A stretch of 64,000 nucleotides of DNA, from positions 1-64,000 of the forward strand of contig CAVONQ010000004.1 of the NCBI GenBank assembly GCA_963697335.1. Direction: 5' to 3'. The notes under the pieces are model-generated. The model was not told the origin of the DNA. It ran no database searches and worked only from the letters and a program-made list of their open reading frames with translations. How positions within the stretch are numbered: the first letter of the stretch is position 1; each line of letters begins with the position of its first letter. The stretch is from an uncultured cyanobacterium. Lineage in GTDB: Bacteria; Cyanobacteriota; Cyanobacteriia; PCC-6307; Cyanobiaceae. This document shows, piece by piece, positions 9,915 to 22,538 of this stretch. The translations under genes and the position numbers were made by a program.

Positions 9915-10733
9915 TCAGAACAGGGCCGGACGCCGGTGCTGCAGGCTCGGCATCTGGGCCCGCACCCGCTCGCCGTGGCGTGGGTCAATCGGGGCGACCG
10001 CCAGGCCCGGAGCATCGCCGGCATCGGCCAGCACCGTGCCCCAGGGGTCGATCACCAGGGCATGGCCATGGCTCTGGCGGCGGCCGTAGTGGTGGCCCGT
10101 CTGGGCCGGGGCCACCACGTAGGCGGTGTTTTCGATCGCCCTGGCCTGCAGCAGCACCTGCCAGTGGTCCTTGCCGGTGAAGGCCGTGAAGGCGGCGGGC
10201 ACCATCAGCACATCGGCACCGGCCCCGGCCAGATGGCGGTAGAGCTCAGGAAAGCGCACGTCGTAACAGATGGAGATGCCGATGCGGCCCAGCCCCGGCA
10301 CCGCCACCACCGGGGGCAACTCAGTGCCGGGACGCACCGTGGCCGACTCCCTGTAGGTGTTGCCGTCCGGAAGGTCCACATCGAAGAGATGGATCTTGTC
10401 GTAGCGAGCCAGCAGCTGGCCTTCGGTGCCCACCAGTTCGGCCCGGTTCAGGGTCTGACCATCACCCGCAGGCACGGGGAAGCCCCCACCCAGGAGGGTC
10501 ACCTGGTAGCGGCGCGCCATGGTCACCAGAAAACTGCTGCAGCGCTCCCCCAGGCTGGGCGCCAGCTCCAGGCGCAGCTCATCTTCTCCCATGAAGGCGA
10601 AGTTCTCGGGCAGACCCACCAGCTCGGCCCCACGACGGGCGGCCAGCTCGATCTGCTCCTCGGCGGCGGCAAAGTTGTCGTCCGGGACCGGAGTGCTGGT
10701 GAGCTGCACCGCTGCCGCCAGATAACTGCTCAC
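9915..10733 (-). CDS. Carbon-nitrogen hydrolase (Nit1-like deaminated glutathione amidase)
   Basis: LPENF, YDKIHLFDV, ICYDVRFPE, ARAIEN. Confidence 0.92.
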   Translation of the reverse strand: MSSYLAAAVQLTSTPVPDDNFAAAEEQIELAARRGAELVGLPENFAFMGEDELRLELAPSLGERCSSFLVTMARRYQVTLLGGGFPVPAGDGQTLNRAELVGTEGQLLARYDKIHLFDVDLPDGNTYRESATVRPGTELPPVVAVPGLGRIGISICYDVRFPELYRHLAGAGADVLMVPAAFTAFTGKDHWQVLLQARAIENTAYVVAPAQTGHHYGRRQSHGHALVIDPWGTVLADAGDAPGLAVAPIDPRHGERVRAQMPSLQHRRPALF

Positions 10734-10775
10734 CTGATGCCGAAAAAGATCCGCCGCACTGTAAGGGCCTTCCCC

Positions 10776-11531
10776 TCAGCCGGCTCTGAGCACGCCGGGC
10801 TCGCTCTGGGTCGGCACGATCGTGAGGGTGTCCACCGCACTGCAGCAGGCGAAATCGGCGTCGTGGTCTCCCAGGGCGATCAGTCGCTTGCCGTGGCTGG
10901 CGGCCCGCAGACAGGTTTCAGGGTCGCTGTGCCACTGCTGCCAGAGGGCCAGGGCGGCCAGCATCTCGTCATTGCCCAGGTCCACCCCCCGGTGGGGGGC
11001 CACCGCCAGCTCGATGGCGGCTGAGGCCACGGCCCCCGCCGCCAGGCTGTCCTCCAGGGAATAGTCACCCTCCCAACCGCTGCCCACGATCCACACCCGC
11101 TCGACGCCGGCCTCCAGCAGCCGGCGCGCCACGGCAGTGCGGTTGGGCAGGCAGGCGGTGACCAGCAGGGGCACCGCACGCACCGCCTGCAGCGAGCGGG
11201 TGCCGTTGGTGGTGCTCATGAAGATGCGCTTGCCGGCCACCCGCTCGGCGGTCACCGCCAGGGGGGAGTTGCCCAGGTCGTAGCCCGCGACGCGCTGGCC
11301 GCCCCGCTCCCCGGCCCGCAGGGTGAGCGCAGGGGGCCAGGCGGCGGCGGCCCGGTCCAGGGCCTCCAGATCGGCGAAGGCCTCGATCGCCTCGGCGCCG
11401 TTCTGCAGAGACCAGGCGATGGTGGTGGTGGCGCGCAGCACATCGATCACCACCGCGGCCTGAGGCCCGCCCTCGGCCGCGGCGGCCACGGGGGGCACGC
11501 ACTCGGATGTGGGGTAGTAGGAGATCTGCAC
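10776..11531 (-). CDS. comB: 2-phosphosulfolactate phosphatase family
   Basis: [31 protein letters not shown] start at VQISYY. Confidence 0.92.
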   Translation of the reverse strand: MQISYYPTSECVPPVAAAAEGGPQAAVVIDVLRATTTIAWSLQNGAEAIEAFADLEALDRAAAAWPPALTLRAGERGGQRVAGYDLGNSPLAVTAERVAGKRIFMSTTNGTRSLQAVRAVPLLVTACLPNRTAVARRLLEAGVERVWIVGSGWEGDYSLEDSLAAGAVASAAIELAVAPHRGVDLGNDEMLAALALWQQWHSDPETCLRAASHGKRLIALGDHDADFACCSAVDTLTIVPTQSEPGVLRAG

Positions 11532-11703
11532 GAAGGCGGCACCGCTGGCGGCCTCACAGTAGGGAGCGTGCCCCACGGGCCACAGGCCGCAACGGCGGGA
11601 GTGGTTGCGGCACAGTGCATTGGCCAGCGCGCGCAGGCGTGTTGCGGCTCCAAGGCCACGGCGTTCCCGGGGTCGCTCCGATTCCCCCGATTCCCTCCAC
11701 GCG

Positions 11704-13290
11704 ATGACCGCCACCGAGGCTGCCCCTGTCACCCGTCGCCGCAACCGCCGGGACCTGCGCGGTTTCCTGGAGCTGCTGGAGAGCCGCAACCAGCTGCGCC
11801 GCATTCAGGCTCCCGTGGACCCGGACCTGGAACTGGCGGCGATCGCCGATCGGGTGTTGAGCTGCGGCGGGCCTGCCCTGCTGTTCGAGAACGTGATCGG
11901 CTCCTCGATGCCGGTGGCCATCAACCTGCTCGGCACCCAGGAGCGGGTGCTGTGGAGCATGGGCATGGAGCGGCCCGAAGAACTGGAAGCCCTGGGGGAG
12001 CGGCTGGCCCTGCTGCAGCAACCCAGGCCGCCCAAGGGCCTGCGTGAGGCCACCCGCTTCGGCGGCGTGCTCTGGGACGTGGTTAAGGCCCGCCCCGACC
12101 TCGACCTGCTGCCCCCCTGCCAACAGCAGGTGTTCCGGGGCGAGGACGTGAATCTCGATGCCATCCCGATGCTGCGCCCCTGGCCGGGCGATGCCGGCCG
12201 GATCATCACCCTGGGGCTGGTGATCACAAAGGACCCCGAGACCGGCACCCCCAACGTGGGCGTGTACCGGCTGCAGCAGCAGTCGATCAACACGATGACG
12301 GTGCACTGGCTGAGCGTGCGCGGCGGCGCCCGCCACCTGCGCAAGGCGGCGGCCCTGGGCAAGAAGCTGGAGATCGCCATTGCCATCGGCGTGCACCCCC
12401 TGCTGGTGATGGCCGCCGCCACACCGATCCCGGTGCAGCTGAGCGAGTGGCTGTTCGCGGGCATCTACGCCGGTGAGGGGGTACGGCTGGCGAAGTGCAA
12501 GACGGTGAACCTCGAGGTGCCCAGCCACAGCGAAGTGGTGCTGGAGGGCACGATCACTCCCGGCGAGGAGCTGGCCGATGGCCCCTTCGGCGACCACATG
12601 GGCTTCTACGGCGGCGAGGAGCCCTCACCGCTGGTGCGCTTCCAGTGCGTCACCCAGCGCCGCCAGCCGATCTACTTCACCACCTTCAGCGGCCGTCCCC
12701 CCAAGGAGGACGCCATGCTGGCGATTGCGCTGAACCGCATCTACACGCCGATCCTGCGGCAGCAGATTCCTGAGATCGTCGATTTCTTCCTGCCGATGGA
12801 GGGGCTCAGCTACAAGCTGGCCGTGATCGCCATCGACAAGGCCTACCCCGGCCAGGCGAAGCGGGCGGCGATGGCCTTCTGGACGGCCCTGCCCCAGTTC
12901 ACCTACACCAAATTTGTGGTGGTGGTGGACAAGGCGATCAACATCCGCGATCCACGCCAGGTGATCTGGGCCATCAGCGCCCTGGTGGATCCCCAGCGGG
13001 ACCTGTTCGTGCTGGGCGACACGCCCTTCGACAGCCTGGACTTCGCCAGTGAGCGGCTGGGCCTCGGCGGCCGCCTGGCCATTGATGCCACCACCAAGGT
13101 GGGCCCGGAGAAGCGCCACCCCTGGGGGGAACCCCTGCAGCGGCCCCCGGAGCTGGAGGCCCGCCTCGATGGCCGCTGGCAGGAGCTGGGGCTGGCCGAC
13201 GTGGCCAACCACTCCCCCGACCCCGCCCTGTTCGGCTACACCCTCGAACACGTGCTGGAGCGGCTCAGCCGGGCCGGCCTCGGCGGCTGA
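11704..13290 (+). CDS. ubiD: UbiD family decarboxylase (plastoquinone pathway)
   Basis: [37 protein letters not shown]. Confidence 0.93.
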   Translation: MTATEAAPVTRRRNRRDLRGFLELLESRNQLRRIQAPVDPDLELAAIADRVLSCGGPALLFENVIGSSMPVAINLLGTQERVLWSMGMERPEELEALGERLALLQQPRPPKGLREATRFGGVLWDVVKARPDLDLLPPCQQQVFRGEDVNLDAIPMLRPWPGDAGRIITLGLVITKDPETGTPNVGVYRLQQQSINTMTVHWLSVRGGARHLRKAAALGKKLEIAIAIGVHPLLVMAAATPIPVQLSEWLFAGIYAGEGVRLAKCKTVNLEVPSHSEVVLEGTITPGEELADGPFGDHMGFYGGEEPSPLVRFQCVTQRRQPIYFTTFSGRPPKEDAMLAIALNRIYTPILRQQIPEIVDFFLPMEGLSYKLAVIAIDKAYPGQAKRAAMAFWTALPQFTYTKFVVVVDKAINIRDPRQVIWAISALVDPQRDLFVLGDTPFDSLDFASERLGLGGRLAIDATTKVGPEKRHPWGEPLQRPPELEARLDGRWQELGLADVANHSPDPALFGYTLEHVLERLSRAGLGG

Positions 13291-13721
13291 TGCTGAGCAA
13301 GGGCAGCGCCGATGCCCTGCGGGCCCTGCTGGAACTGGCCGAGGCTCCGGAGCGCTGGCGCTCCACCCGGGAGCTGGCCCAGGCCCAGCAGCTGACAGAG
13401 CCGATGCTGGAGCAGCTGCTGCTGCGGCTGCGGCGGGCGGGCCTGCTGCAGGCACGGCGCGGGCGCCTGGGGGGCTACCGGCTGGCCCGCCCGCCCCACC
13501 AGATCGGGGTGCAGGAGGTGATTGTCGCCGTGCAGGGATCCTCCAGCGCGCCTGGGGAGAGCGGCGGCTCCGCCGCTGACCAGGTGACCCGGGCCCTGGA
13601 GGCCAGGCTGCAGCGGGCCGTGACCCGGGCGCTGCTGGAACTGAGCCTCGAGGAGCTGCTGTTCGACCTGCGCAGCGCCGAGGCCTGCCGCGACGGCGAG
13701 GCCGGCCTGCTGCTGGGCTGA
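13290..13721 (+). CDS. Rrf2 family transcriptional regulator
   Basis: wHTH motif [28 protein letters not shown]; start overlaps the ubiD stop. Confidence 0.88.
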   Translation: MLSKGSADALRALLELAEAPERWRSTRELAQAQQLTEPMLEQLLLRLRRAGLLQARRGRLGGYRLARPPHQIGVQEVIVAVQGSSSAPGESGGSAADQVTRALEARLQRAVTRALLELSLEELLFDLRSAEACRDGEAGLLLG

Positions 13722-13764
13722 GCGGGCGCCGTCCATAGGATCGCCGCAACCCGAAGCCCCAGCC

Positions 13765-15087
13765 TTGGTCCAGCTCCCCAGCAGCACGCCGCTCCCCCTG
13801 CCGGCCGGAGGGCGCCTGCGCGGCAGCGTGCGGGTGCCGGGGGACAAGTCGATCTCGCACCGGGCCCTGTTGTTCGGCGCCATCGCCAGCGGTGAGACCC
13901 GCATCGAGGGCCTGCTCCCGGCCGAAGACCCGCTCAGCACCGCGGCGTGCCTGCGGGCCATGGGCGTGGAGGTGTCACCGATCGCCGCGGGCCAGCTGGT
14001 GCAGGTGCAGGGGGTGGGGCTCGATGGGCTGCAGGAGCCTGACGCCGTACTCGAGTGCGGCAATTCCGGCACCACCATGCGGCTGATGCTGGGCCTGCTG
14101 GCCGGCCGGGAGGGGCGCCACTTCGTGCTCAACGGCGATGCCTCCCTGCGGGGCCGGCCGATGCGGCGGGTGGGCGACCCCCTGGCGGCGATGGGGGCCT
14201 CGATCCACGGCCGCAGCGGCGGCAACTTCGCGCCCCTGGCCGTGCTGGGCCGGCCACTCCAGGGCAGAACCCTGCGCACCCCGGTGGCCTCGGCCCAGGT
14301 GAAGAGCGCCATCCTGCTGGCGGCGCTCACGGCCAGCGGCGACACCACGGTGATCGAGCCGGCCCAGAGCCGCGACCACAGCGAGCGCATGTTGCGGGCC
14401 TTCGGGGCCGACCTGGAGGTGGGCGGTGAGGCACGCACCTGCGTCACCTTGCGGCCGGGAGCCCAGCTCACGGGCCAGCACGTGGTGGTGCCGGGCGACA
14501 TCAGTTCGGCCGCCTTCTGGCTGGTGGCCGCCGCCGTGATCCCCGGGGCCGAGCTCACGGTGGAGAACGTGGGCCTCAACCCCAGCCGCACCGGCATCCT
14601 GGAGGTGCTCGAGCAGATGGGGGCCCGGCTGGAGGTGCTGCAGCCCCGTGATGTGGCCGGGGAACCGGTGGGGGACCTGCGGGTGAGCCACGGGCCGCTG
14701 CGGGCCTTTGACATCGGCGGCGACCTGGTGCCGCGGCTGGTGGATGAAATTCCGGTGCTGGCGGTGGCGGCCTGCTGCGCCGAGGGCCTCAGCCGCATCC
14801 GCGATGCCGCCGAGCTGCGGGTGAAGGAGACCGACCGGCTGGCCGTGATGACCCGTCAGCTGGGGGCGATGGGGGCCCGCATCGAGGCCTTTGACGACGG
14901 CCTGGCGATCACCGGCGGGGTGGCGCTGCACGGGGCCGAGCTCGACAGCGAGACGGACCACCGGGTGGCCATGAGCCTGGCGGTGGCCAGCCGCGTCGCC
15001 AGCGGCGACAGCCTGCTGCACCGGCCAGAGGCAGCGGCCGTGTCCTACCCCGGCTTCTGGGATGACCTCCAACGCCTCAGCGCTTAG
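13765..15087 (+). CDS. aroA: 3-phosphoshikimate 1-carboxyvinyltransferase (EPSP synthase)
   Basis: [43 protein letters not shown]. Confidence 0.97.
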   Translation: MVQLPSSTPLPLPAGGRLRGSVRVPGDKSISHRALLFGAIASGETRIEGLLPAEDPLSTAACLRAMGVEVSPIAAGQLVQVQGVGLDGLQEPDAVLECGNSGTTMRLMLGLLAGREGRHFVLNGDASLRGRPMRRVGDPLAAMGASIHGRSGGNFAPLAVLGRPLQGRTLRTPVASAQVKSAILLAALTASGDTTVIEPAQSRDHSERMLRAFGADLEVGGEARTCVTLRPGAQLTGQHVVVPGDISSAAFWLVAAAVIPGAELTVENVGLNPSRTGILEVLEQMGARLEVLQPRDVAGEPVGDLRVSHGPLRAFDIGGDLVPRLVDEIPVLAVAACCAEGLSRIRDAAELRVKETDRLAVMTRQLGAMGARIEAFDDGLAITGGVALHGAELDSETDHRVAMSLAVASRVASGDSLLHRPEAAAVSYPGFWDDLQRLSA

Positions 15088-15988
15088 CCCCGCGGCGGGG
15101 GCCGACGGCAGCTTCAGCCTGCACAGCAGTGCCTTCGACGAGGGCTTCCACAGCCCGGCGGGCGCCCGCTGGGAGGCAGACCACACCTACCTGGGGCCGG
15201 CCGAACTGCAGCGCTACGCAGCCGGCGCCGAGCTGCGGGTGCTGGATGTGGGCGTGGGCCTGGGCTACAACAGCGCCGTTCTGTTGGAAGCCGCAGCCGA
15301 GCGGGGCCTGACGCTGCGCTGGTGGGGGCTGGAACTGGACCGCCGGCCCCTGCAGCTGGCCCTGGCCGATCCTGGCTACTGCGCCCAGTGGCGGCCCTCG
15401 ACCCTGGAGCGGCTGGGCCAGCTGCTGCTGGTGGAGGCCGGCTGGCCCGGGCGGATTCTCTGGGGCGAGGCCCGCCAGCAACTGGCGGGCCTGGAGCCCT
15501 GGCTGCGGGGCCGCTGTGATCTGGTGCTGCTCGACCCCTTCTCGCCGCGGCGCTGCCCCCAGCTCTGGAGCCAGGACTTCCTGGGGAGGCTGGCCCGGCT
15601 GCTGGCCCCCGACGGCAGGCTGCTCACCTACTGCTCGGCGGCCGCCGTCAGGGGCAGCCTGCGGGGCGCCGGCCTTGAGCTCGCTGCGATCCAGGCCCCC
15701 GCTGGGCCCCCGGGTGGCCGGCCCAGCTGGAGTGGGGGTACGGCGGCAAGCCCCCGGCCCCTGGCCCCCAGCGCCCAGCTGCGCCCCCTCACGGCCATGG
15801 AGGAGGAGCACCTGCTCACCAGGGCAGGCGAGCCCTACCGCGACCCCACCGCCCGGGCCGGCGCCGCGGAGATCCAGGCCAGCCGGCTCCAGGCCCAGGC
15901 CTGGAGCGGCCGCAGCAGCACGGGGGCCTGGCGCCGCCGCTGGGGCCTGGACCATCCCCACCGCAACGGCGTGGTTGGGGCCACGTAG
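15062..15988 (+). CDS. MnmC-like (MnmD) SAM-dependent tRNA methyltransferase domain protein
   Basis: [47 protein letters not shown]. Confidence 0.85.
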   Translation: MTSNASALSPAAGADGSFSLHSSAFDEGFHSPAGARWEADHTYLGPAELQRYAAGAELRVLDVGVGLGYNSAVLLEAAAERGLTLRWWGLELDRRPLQLALADPGYCAQWRPSTLERLGQLLLVEAGWPGRILWGEARQQLAGLEPWLRGRCDLVLLDPFSPRRCPQLWSQDFLGRLARLLAPDGRLLTYCSAAAVRGSLRGAGLELAAIQAPAGPPGGRPSWSGGTAASPRPLAPSAQLRPLTAMEEEHLLTRAGEPYRDPTARAGAAEIQASRLQAQAWSGRSSTGAWRRRWGLDHPHRNGVVGAT

Positions 15989-16014
15989 ATTCCCGCCAGC
16001 CGCCCTCTCCGCCC

Positions 16015-17367
16015 ATGCTCGCCGTTGCCGTGCTGGCCGCTGGGAAGGGCACACGGATGAAGAGCGAGCTGCCCAAGGTGCTGCAGCCGCTGGCCGGGGC
16101 CACGCTGGTGGAGCGGGTGCTGGGCAGCTGCCGGCACCTGGACCCCGAACGGCAGCTGTTGATCGTGGGTCACCAAGCCGAACGGGTGGAGGCATCCCTG
16201 GCGGCGCTGCAGGGCCTCGAGTTCGTGCTGCAGCAGCCCCAGAACGGCACGGGCCATGCGGTGCAGCAGCTGCTGGAGCCCCTGCAGGGCTTCATCGGCG
16301 AGTTACTGGTGCTGAACGGCGACGTCCCCCTGCTGCGCCCCGAGACCCTGGAGGCGCTGCTGGAGCAGCACCGCAGCAGTGGCGCCGGCGTGACCCTGCT
16401 CACGGCCCGGCTGGACGACCCCACTGGCTACGGCCGCGTGATGGCGGATGGCTCCGGGCGGGTGAGCGCCATCGTCGAACATCGCGACTGCAGCCCCGAG
16501 CAGCGCCTCAATCCCCTGATCAACGCCGGCATCTACTGCTTCAACTGGGCCCAGCTGGCGGCGGTGCTGCCCCAGCTCAGCACCGACAACGACCAGGGCG
16601 AGCTCTACCTCACCGACACCGTGGCGCTGCTGGAGTCGGCCATGCACCTGGAGGTGGCCGATGCGGCCGAGATCAACGGCATCAACGACCGGATCCAGCT
16701 GGCCCAGTGCGAGGCGGTGCTGCAGGAGCGGCTGCGGCGCCACTGGATGGCGGAGGGGGTGAGCTTCGTGGATCCCGCCAGCTGCACCATCAGCGAGGGC
16801 AGCCGCTTCGGGCGGGATGTGGTGGTGGAGCCCCAGTGCCATTTTCGCGGCCACACCGAAGTCGGCTCGGGCTGCCGCATCGGCCCAGGCTGCCTGCTGG
16901 ACAACGCCCGCCTCGGAACTGGGGTGGAGGTGCTGTACAGCGTCGTGCGCGACGCCGAGGTGGGGTCCGGCTGCTCCATCGGCCCCTACGCCCAGGTGCG
17001 GCCGGGCTCGAGCCTGGGGGAGCGCTGCCATCTGGGCAACTTCGTGGAGGTCAAGAACAGCAGCCTGGCCAGCGACGTGAAGGTGAACCACCTCAGCTAC
17101 ATCGGCGACGCCGACCTGGGTGCCGGGGTGAATGTGGGGGCCGGCACGATCACCGCCAACTACGACGGCGTGCGCAAGCACCGCACCGTGATCGGGGCGG
17201 GCAGCAAGACCGGCGCCAACTCAGTGCTGGTGGCACCGATCCAGCTGGGCGAGAACGTGACCGTGGGCGCCGGCTCCACCCTCACCCGCAACGTGCCCTC
17301 GGGCGCCCTGGCCCTGGGTCGCGCTCGCCAGCTGGTGAAGGAGAACTGGGGTGGCCCCCAGGGCTGA
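16015..17367 (+). CDS. glmU: Bifunctional UDP-GlcNAc pyrophosphorylase / GlcN-1-P acetyltransferase
   Basis: [17 protein letters not shown], hexapeptide repeats, [13 protein letters not shown]. Confidence 0.97.
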   Translation: MLAVAVLAAGKGTRMKSELPKVLQPLAGATLVERVLGSCRHLDPERQLLIVGHQAERVEASLAALQGLEFVLQQPQNGTGHAVQQLLEPLQGFIGELLVLNGDVPLLRPETLEALLEQHRSSGAGVTLLTARLDDPTGYGRVMADGSGRVSAIVEHRDCSPEQRLNPLINAGIYCFNWAQLAAVLPQLSTDNDQGELYLTDTVALLESAMHLEVADAAEINGINDRIQLAQCEAVLQERLRRHWMAEGVSFVDPASCTISEGSRFGRDVVVEPQCHFRGHTEVGSGCRIGPGCLLDNARLGTGVEVLYSVVRDAEVGSGCSIGPYAQVRPGSSLGERCHLGNFVEVKNSSLASDVKVNHLSYIGDADLGAGVNVGAGTITANYDGVRKHRTVIGAGSKTGANSVLVAPIQLGENVTVGAGSTLTRNVPSGALALGRARQLVKENWGGPQG

Positions 17368-17391
17368 AGGCGAAGGCTGGGGAGCGAAGGC

Positions 17392-18771
17392 TCAGGGGCT
17401 GCCTGGCTCCAGCAGCAGGGGAAACGCCCGCTCCAGGGCCACCCCGCGGCTGGCCTTGAACAGCACGGTGTCTCCGGGAGCCAGCCAGCCGCTCAGTTCG
17501 GCGGCGGCCGCCTCCGGGCTGCTCACCCTGGCCAGCCGGCCCAGGCCATGGGCCGCCGCCTCCATCGCGGCCCCCTCCTGGCCCCCATCCACAATCAGCA
17601 GACCCTCCAGACCCAGGGCCAGCGCCCGCTGAGCCACCTGGCGGTGCAGGCTGAGGCTCTGCTCGCCGAGCTCCAGCATGGTGCCCAGCACCGCGAAGCG
17701 GCGGCCGCTGCTGTGGCGGGCGAGCAGCTCCAGGGAGGCCATCACGGCCTCGGGCGAGGCGTTGTAGGTCTCATCGAGAAGCACGACGCCGCCGCGCTCC
17801 AGCCGCCTGCTGCGGCCACCCGGCAGTTCCACCTCCAGAGGCTCGAGGCGATCGAGGCCCACCCCCAGCTCCCGGGCCACGGCCAGGGCCAGCATCAGGT
17901 TGCGGGCATGGTGGCGGCCCTCGAGGGGCAGGGTCAGCCGGTGGCCATCGAGCCGCAGCAGGCCCTGCTCTTCATCCAACTCGCCCACCCAGTCGGCCTG
18001 GGCCTCGAAGCCTTCTCCGGCAAGGGCGACCCGCACCACCCGCCCCGCCCAGCTGCTGGCCAGGGCCGCATCCAGCAGGGGGTCACCGGCCGGAATCACC
18101 ATCAGGCCGCCTGGGCGCAGGCCGGAGCTGATCTCACACTTGGCCTGCCCGATCGCCTCGCGGCTGCCCAGCCGGCCGATGTGGGCCGTGCCGATGTTGG
18201 TGATCACCGCCACATCCGGCTGGGCACAGCGGCTGAGCCGATCGATCTCCCCCAGACCGCGCATGCCCATTTCCACCACCACGGCCCGGTGCTCGGGGGT
18301 GGCCTGCAACAGGGTGAGGGGAACGCCGATGTCGTTGTTGTTGTTGCCGCTGGCGGCCAGCACCGGGCCCAGGGGGGCGAGCACCGCCCGGATCAGTTCA
18401 CGGGTGCCGGTCTTGCCGGCGGAGCCGGTCACGGCCACCACCGGAACCTGCAGCCGCCGGCGCCAGTGCTGCGCCAGCCGCTGGTAGGCCGCCAGGGTGT
18501 CAGGCACCACCCAGAGCAGGCAGCTGCGTTCAGCGGCGGCCTGCTCAAGGGCCACCAGGGCCTCGGGGGACAGGCGGTCGCGCTGCACCACCACAGCCCG
18601 ACAGCCGGCCTCGATGGCCTGGTGGACGAAGGCATGTCCATCGAGTCGCTCGCCCACCAGGGCCAGGAACAGGCCATCCGGTTCGAGCCGGCGGCTGTCG
18701 GTGCTCACGGCGCTGGCCACAACTCGGGGCTCTGCCCAGATCGCATCCAGCTCAGCGAGGCGCAGGGGCAT
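17392..18771 (-). CDS. murF: UDP-MurNAc-tripeptide--D-Ala-D-Ala ligase
   Basis: STDSRR, AVTGSAGKT, GNNNNDIGVP, DETYNASPE, FKASRG. Confidence 0.95.
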   Translation of the reverse strand: MPLRLAELDAIWAEPRVVASAVSTDSRRLEPDGLFLALVGERLDGHAFVHQAIEAGCRAVVVQRDRLSPEALVALEQAAAERSCLLWVVPDTLAAYQRLAQHWRRRLQVPVVAVTGSAGKTGTRELIRAVLAPLGPVLAASGNNNNDIGVPLTLLQATPEHRAVVVEMGMRGLGEIDRLSRCAQPDVAVITNIGTAHIGRLGSREAIGQAKCEISSGLRPGGLMVIPAGDPLLDAALASSWAGRVVRVALAGEGFEAQADWVGELDEEQGLLRLDGHRLTLPLEGRHHARNLMLALAVARELGVGLDRLEPLEVELPGGRSRRLERGGVVLLDETYNASPEAVMASLELLARHSSGRRFAVLGTMLELGEQSLSLHRQVAQRALALGLEGLLIVDGGQEGAAMEAAAHGLGRLARVSSPEAAAAELSGWLAPGDTVLFKASRGVALERAFPLLLEPGSP

Positions 18772-18779
18772 GGCGCAGG

Positions 18780-19580
18780 TCAGGGCGGGGAAAGCAGGAT
18801 CATGCCTGAACCCACCCGGGCCGATCGGGCCAGAAGCCGGCCCTCCGGATCCCGCAGCTCCAGGGCGTCGTAGTCCAGCTGGCGGCTGCGCTGCTGCCAA
18901 CCATCAGCCAGCCGCTGCCGCTCTGCCGCCGGCAGGCCCGCCCAGCCACGGTCGAGCTGAAGCTGGAGCAGGGGCAGACGGGCCGCCGGCGCCGGCTTCA
19001 CCTGGAGCACCAGATCCCCCTCGGGGGTCGTCTCCTGGAAGGCCTCCAGCAGGGGATCCTCGGCGGAGGGCGCCGGCACCCCTGGCGGTGGCAGCGCCGA
19101 GGCGGGAGGAGAAGGGGGCAGCGGCTTGGGCTGCGACGCACCCGGCCTCGGCTCGCTGCCCGTGGCCGTCTGGCCAGGCTGCATGGAGCCATCCGGAGAC
19201 TCAGCGGCAGGGCCATCTCCAGCTGCGGCAAAGCCGTTCACCGAGGTGCGGGGCTCGGCCGGCACGGCGGCGGGGGGGCGCGACCAGGGCAGGGCCGGCA
19301 GCAGCAGGGCCCCCAGGGCGAGCAGGGCCCCCAGGGCCGCCGCCAGCACCAGGGGCCAGAACCAGGCGGCCCAGGGGCCGGGCCAGAAGGCCGGGCACGG
19401 CAGGTCTCCCTGACGGTTGAGCCGCACCAGCTCCCGCAGCCGCAGGCGAGTGCTGGCCGCCACCGCCCCCAGATCGCGGCGCAGCAGCCGCCAGGGGTCC
19501 ACGTAAGGAGCCGGCAGGGCGGAGGCAGCCTCAGCGCGGCCGGCTCCGTCGCTCTCAGGACTGGGCCCGGCCACAGGCAC
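18780..19580 (-). CDS. Conserved hypothetical membrane-anchored protein with Pro-rich linker
   Basis: Co-oriented between glgA and murF; TM segment; C-terminal LLARSARVGSGMILL. Confidence 0.75.
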   Translation of the reverse strand: MPVAGPSPESDGAGRAEAASALPAPYVDPWRLLRRDLGAVAASTRLRLRELVRLNRQGDLPCPAFWPGPWAAWFWPLVLAAALGALLALGALLLPALPWSRPPAAVPAEPRTSVNGFAAAGDGPAAESPDGSMQPGQTATGSEPRPGASQPKPLPPSPPASALPPPGVPAPSAEDPLLEAFQETTPEGDLVLQVKPAPAARLPLLQLQLDRGWAGLPAAERQRLADGWQQRSRQLDYDALELRDPEGRLLARSARVGSGMILLSPP

Positions 19581-19605
19581 TGCCCCCAGCGGACTGGGAT
19601 CTCAC

Positions 19606-21078
19606 TCAGCGGCGGCGCAGCAGGCCCGCCAGCCCCTTGCGGCTGGGGTCGGCATCCTGGCCCTGGGAGAAGCGCTCCACCTCGGCGGCCTCGGGCGTCG
19701 GCTCCTTGATGCCACAGACATCCCGGTACATGGCGTCGTAGGCGAGGGCAGAGCGGGCCCAGCTGAGGTCCATGCCCATGCCGCGGCGCTGCAGCTGCTG
19801 CCAGCTGTCCTGGTGCCGGTAGGCCTCCCAGGAACGCACAATCGCGGTGTAGAAGTCGATGGGCTCGAAGCGGTCGAAGCCGTAGCCCGTGCCCGTGCCG
19901 GCCAGGGGGTCGTTGGGGGGCACGGTGTCCACCAGCCCGCCCACCATCCGCACCACGGGCACCGAGCCGTAGCGCATCGCCAGCATCTGGCTGATGCCAC
20001 AGGGCTCGAAGCGGCTGGGCATCAGGAAGGCATCACTGCCCCCGTAGATCAACCGTGCCAGGGCGTCGTCGTAGGTGAGGAACACCGCGAAGCGGCCAGG
20101 ATGGCGGGCCGCCATCTGCCAGAGGCCCGATTCGATGTTGCGATCGCCTGTGCCGAGCACCACGATCTGACTGTCGGTGTAGGCGAGCACTCGATCGGCC
20201 ACCTGCAGCAGGAGATCCACCCCCTTCTGGTCCACCAGCCGGCTCACCACTCCCATCAGGTAGGAGCGCGGGCTCGGCGTCAGGCCGAAGTGTTTCTGCA
20301 GGGCCTGTTTGTTTTCGGCCCGGGGGGCCAGGTCGGCGGCACTGAAGCGGGCCGGCAGGCTGGGATCGGTGGCGGGATTCCAGTCCTCGGTGTCGATGCC
20401 GTTGAGGATGCCGCGCAGTTTGCCGCTGATGAAATTGAGCAGACCATCCAGCGCCTCGCCGTACTGCGGCGTGCGGATCTCCTTGGCGTAGGTGGGTGAC
20501 ACGGCATTGACGCGGTCGGCATAGAGAAGCGCCGCAGCCATCGTGTGGTCGCCCTGCATGTACCACGGGCACCAGGTCATGCCGTCCAGCTTCCAGCGCC
20601 AGGGGCCCTGATAGCGCAGATTGTGAATGGTGAACACCGTGCTGACTTCCGGGTCCTGATGCATCCACACCGGCAGCATGCCCGTGTGCCAGTCGTGGCA
20701 GTGCAGCACCTGGGGCTTCCAGTGATGCCAGCAGAATTCCGCCGTGGCACTGGCAAAAAAGGTGAAGCGCCAATCCTCATCCTCGCCGCCGTAGATGCGC
20801 TCGGCGTCGAACACGGGATGGCCCACCAGATAGAGCAGCAGGCCGTTGCTGGGATGGCGGGCCTCGAACACCGCGAAGTCGTTGCCCATGGTGTGACCGC
20901 GCCACACCGGTTCAGCCGGGATCTGCAGACGCGACCAGAGCCGGCCATAGCCGGGGAGGATGGTGCGCACGTCGTGGCCGAGGGCCGCCAGGGCCGGCGG
21001 CAGCGAGCCCACCACATCCCCCATGCCCCCCACCTTGACCAGCGGGGCGCATTCAGCTGCTGCAAACAGAACCCGCAT
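19606..21078 (-). CDS. glgA: Glycogen synthase
   Basis: [28 protein letters not shown]. Confidence 0.97.
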   Translation of the reverse strand: MRVLFAAAECAPLVKVGGMGDVVGSLPPALAALGHDVRTILPGYGRLWSRLQIPAEPVWRGHTMGNDFAVFEARHPSNGLLLYLVGHPVFDAERIYGGEDEDWRFTFFASATAEFCWHHWKPQVLHCHDWHTGMLPVWMHQDPEVSTVFTIHNLRYQGPWRWKLDGMTWCPWYMQGDHTMAAALLYADRVNAVSPTYAKEIRTPQYGEALDGLLNFISGKLRGILNGIDTEDWNPATDPSLPARFSAADLAPRAENKQALQKHFGLTPSPRSYLMGVVSRLVDQKGVDLLLQVADRVLAYTDSQIVVLGTGDRNIESGLWQMAARHPGRFAVFLTYDDALARLIYGGSDAFLMPSRFEPCGISQMLAMRYGSVPVVRMVGGLVDTVPPNDPLAGTGTGYGFDRFEPIDFYTAIVRSWEAYRHQDSWQQLQRRGMGMDLSWARSALAYDAMYRDVCGIKEPTPEAAEVERFSQGQDADPSRKGLAGLLRRR

Positions 21079-21120
21079 GCTGATCGGCCCAGGGAGGGCG
21101 CAACTTTAGGGGGGGTCCCG

Positions 21121-21696
21121 TCAGGGCAACACGGTGACCGGGGTGCCCACGCTGACCAGGTCGAAGAGCTCCCGGGCATGCTCATCGAGCAGCCTCACAC
21201 AGCCGTGGGAGACGGCCTGGCCGACACTCTCGCGGTTGGGGGTGCCGTGGAAGCCGGAGCTGACGCAGCCCTCCACCACCAGGTACTCGCGGCCATTGAA
21301 GCCGCTGCGTCCGAGGCAGTCGCGGTGAAAGCCGATCCAACGGCTGCCCAGGGGATTGGCGGGCCCGGGGGGCACGCGCTGGCCCGTGGCGGGATGCTCC
21401 CAGATCGGATCCTTCACCAGCTCGATCACCTGAAACCGCCCCACCGGCGTCTCCCAGCCGGGCCGGCCCACGGCCACGGGGAAGCGGCGCACTTCCCGGC
21501 CGCTGTCCAGAACCCGCACATGGCGCTGGCGCCGATCGAGCACCAGTTCCCGTTGCGGGCCTGGCTTCCCTGACACCGCCACGGCGCCCGGCTGAGCGGC
21601 CGACCCCCCCACCGGCTGCAGGGCAGCCAGTCCAGCCCCGACCAGGGCAGGCAGGGCCAGCCGAAGCACTGGCCTGGGCAGGCGACTTGACCTCAC
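21121..21696 (-). CDS. L,D-transpeptidase (YkuD)
   Basis: [38 protein letters not shown] start overlaps the menB stop; signal peptide. Confidence 0.88.
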   Translation of the reverse strand: MRSSRLPRPVLRLALPALVGAGLAALQPVGGSAAQPGAVAVSGKPGPQRELVLDRRQRHVRVLDSGREVRRFPVAVGRPGWETPVGRFQVIELVKDPIWEHPATGQRVPPGPANPLGSRWIGFHRDCLGRSGFNGREYLVVEGCVSSGFHGTPNRESVGQAVSHGCVRLLDEHARELFDLVSVGTPVTVLP

Positions 21697-22538
21697 GGCA
21701 GCCAGGCGGAGCCGGAGAAGTCCGGCGGGCGCTTCTCCAGGAAGGCATCGCGCCCCTCCTGGGCCTCGGCGGTTCGGTAGAAGAGGTGGGTGGCCTGGCC
21801 GGCCAGCTCCTGAAGCCCGGCCATGCCGTCGGTTTCGGCGTTGAAGGCGGCCTTGAGACAACGGATGGCGGTGGGGCTGTGCTGCAGCACCTCCCGGGCC
21901 CAGGCCAGGCCCTCGGCCTCCAGCTGCTCCAGCGGCACCACCGCATTCACCAGCCCCATGGCCAGGGCCTGGTCGGCGTCGTACTGGCGGCACAGGAACC
22001 AGATCTCCCGGGCCTTGCGCTGGCCCACCACCCGGGCGAGGTAGGAGGCCCCGAAGCCGCCATCGAAGCTGCCCACCCGCGGGCCGGTCTGACCGAAGCG
22101 GGCGTTGTCGGCGGCGATCGAGAGGTCGCAGAGCAGGTGCAGCACCTGGCCACCGCCGATGGCGTAGCCCGCCACCAGGGCGATCACCACCTTCGGCAGG
22201 CTGCGAATCAGCCGCTGCAGGTCAAGCACATTGAGCCGGGGCAGACCCTGCTCATCCACGTAACCGCCATCGCCGCGCACGCTCTGGTCGCCGCCGGCGC
22301 AGAAGGCCCAGCCCCCATCGGCCGCCGGGCCGGCCCCGGTGAACAGCACCACGCCGATGCGAGGGTTGTCGCGCACCCGGGCAAAGGCATCGCAGAGCTC
22401 CTGCACCGTGAGGGGCCGGAAGGCATTGCGCTTGTGGGCCCGGTCAATGGTGATGCGGGCGATGCCCTCGTCGCAGAGTTCAAAGCGGATGTCCTGGTAG
22501 CGACCGGCCTCTTGCCAGCTCACGGGAACGGCGGTCAT
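21693..22538 (-). CDS. menB: 1,4-dihydroxy-2-naphthoyl-CoA synthase
   Basis: [31 protein letters not shown]. Confidence 0.97.
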   Translation of the reverse strand: MTAVPVSWQEAGRYQDIRFELCDEGIARITIDRAHKRNAFRPLTVQELCDAFARVRDNPRIGVVLFTGAGPAADGGWAFCAGGDQSVRGDGGYVDEQGLPRLNVLDLQRLIRSLPKVVIALVAGYAIGGGQVLHLLCDLSIAADNARFGQTGPRVGSFDGGFGASYLARVVGQRKAREIWFLCRQYDADQALAMGLVNAVVPLEQLEAEGLAWAREVLQHSPTAIRCLKAAFNAETDGMAGLQELAGQATHLFYRTAEAQEGRDAFLEKRPPDFSGSAWLP

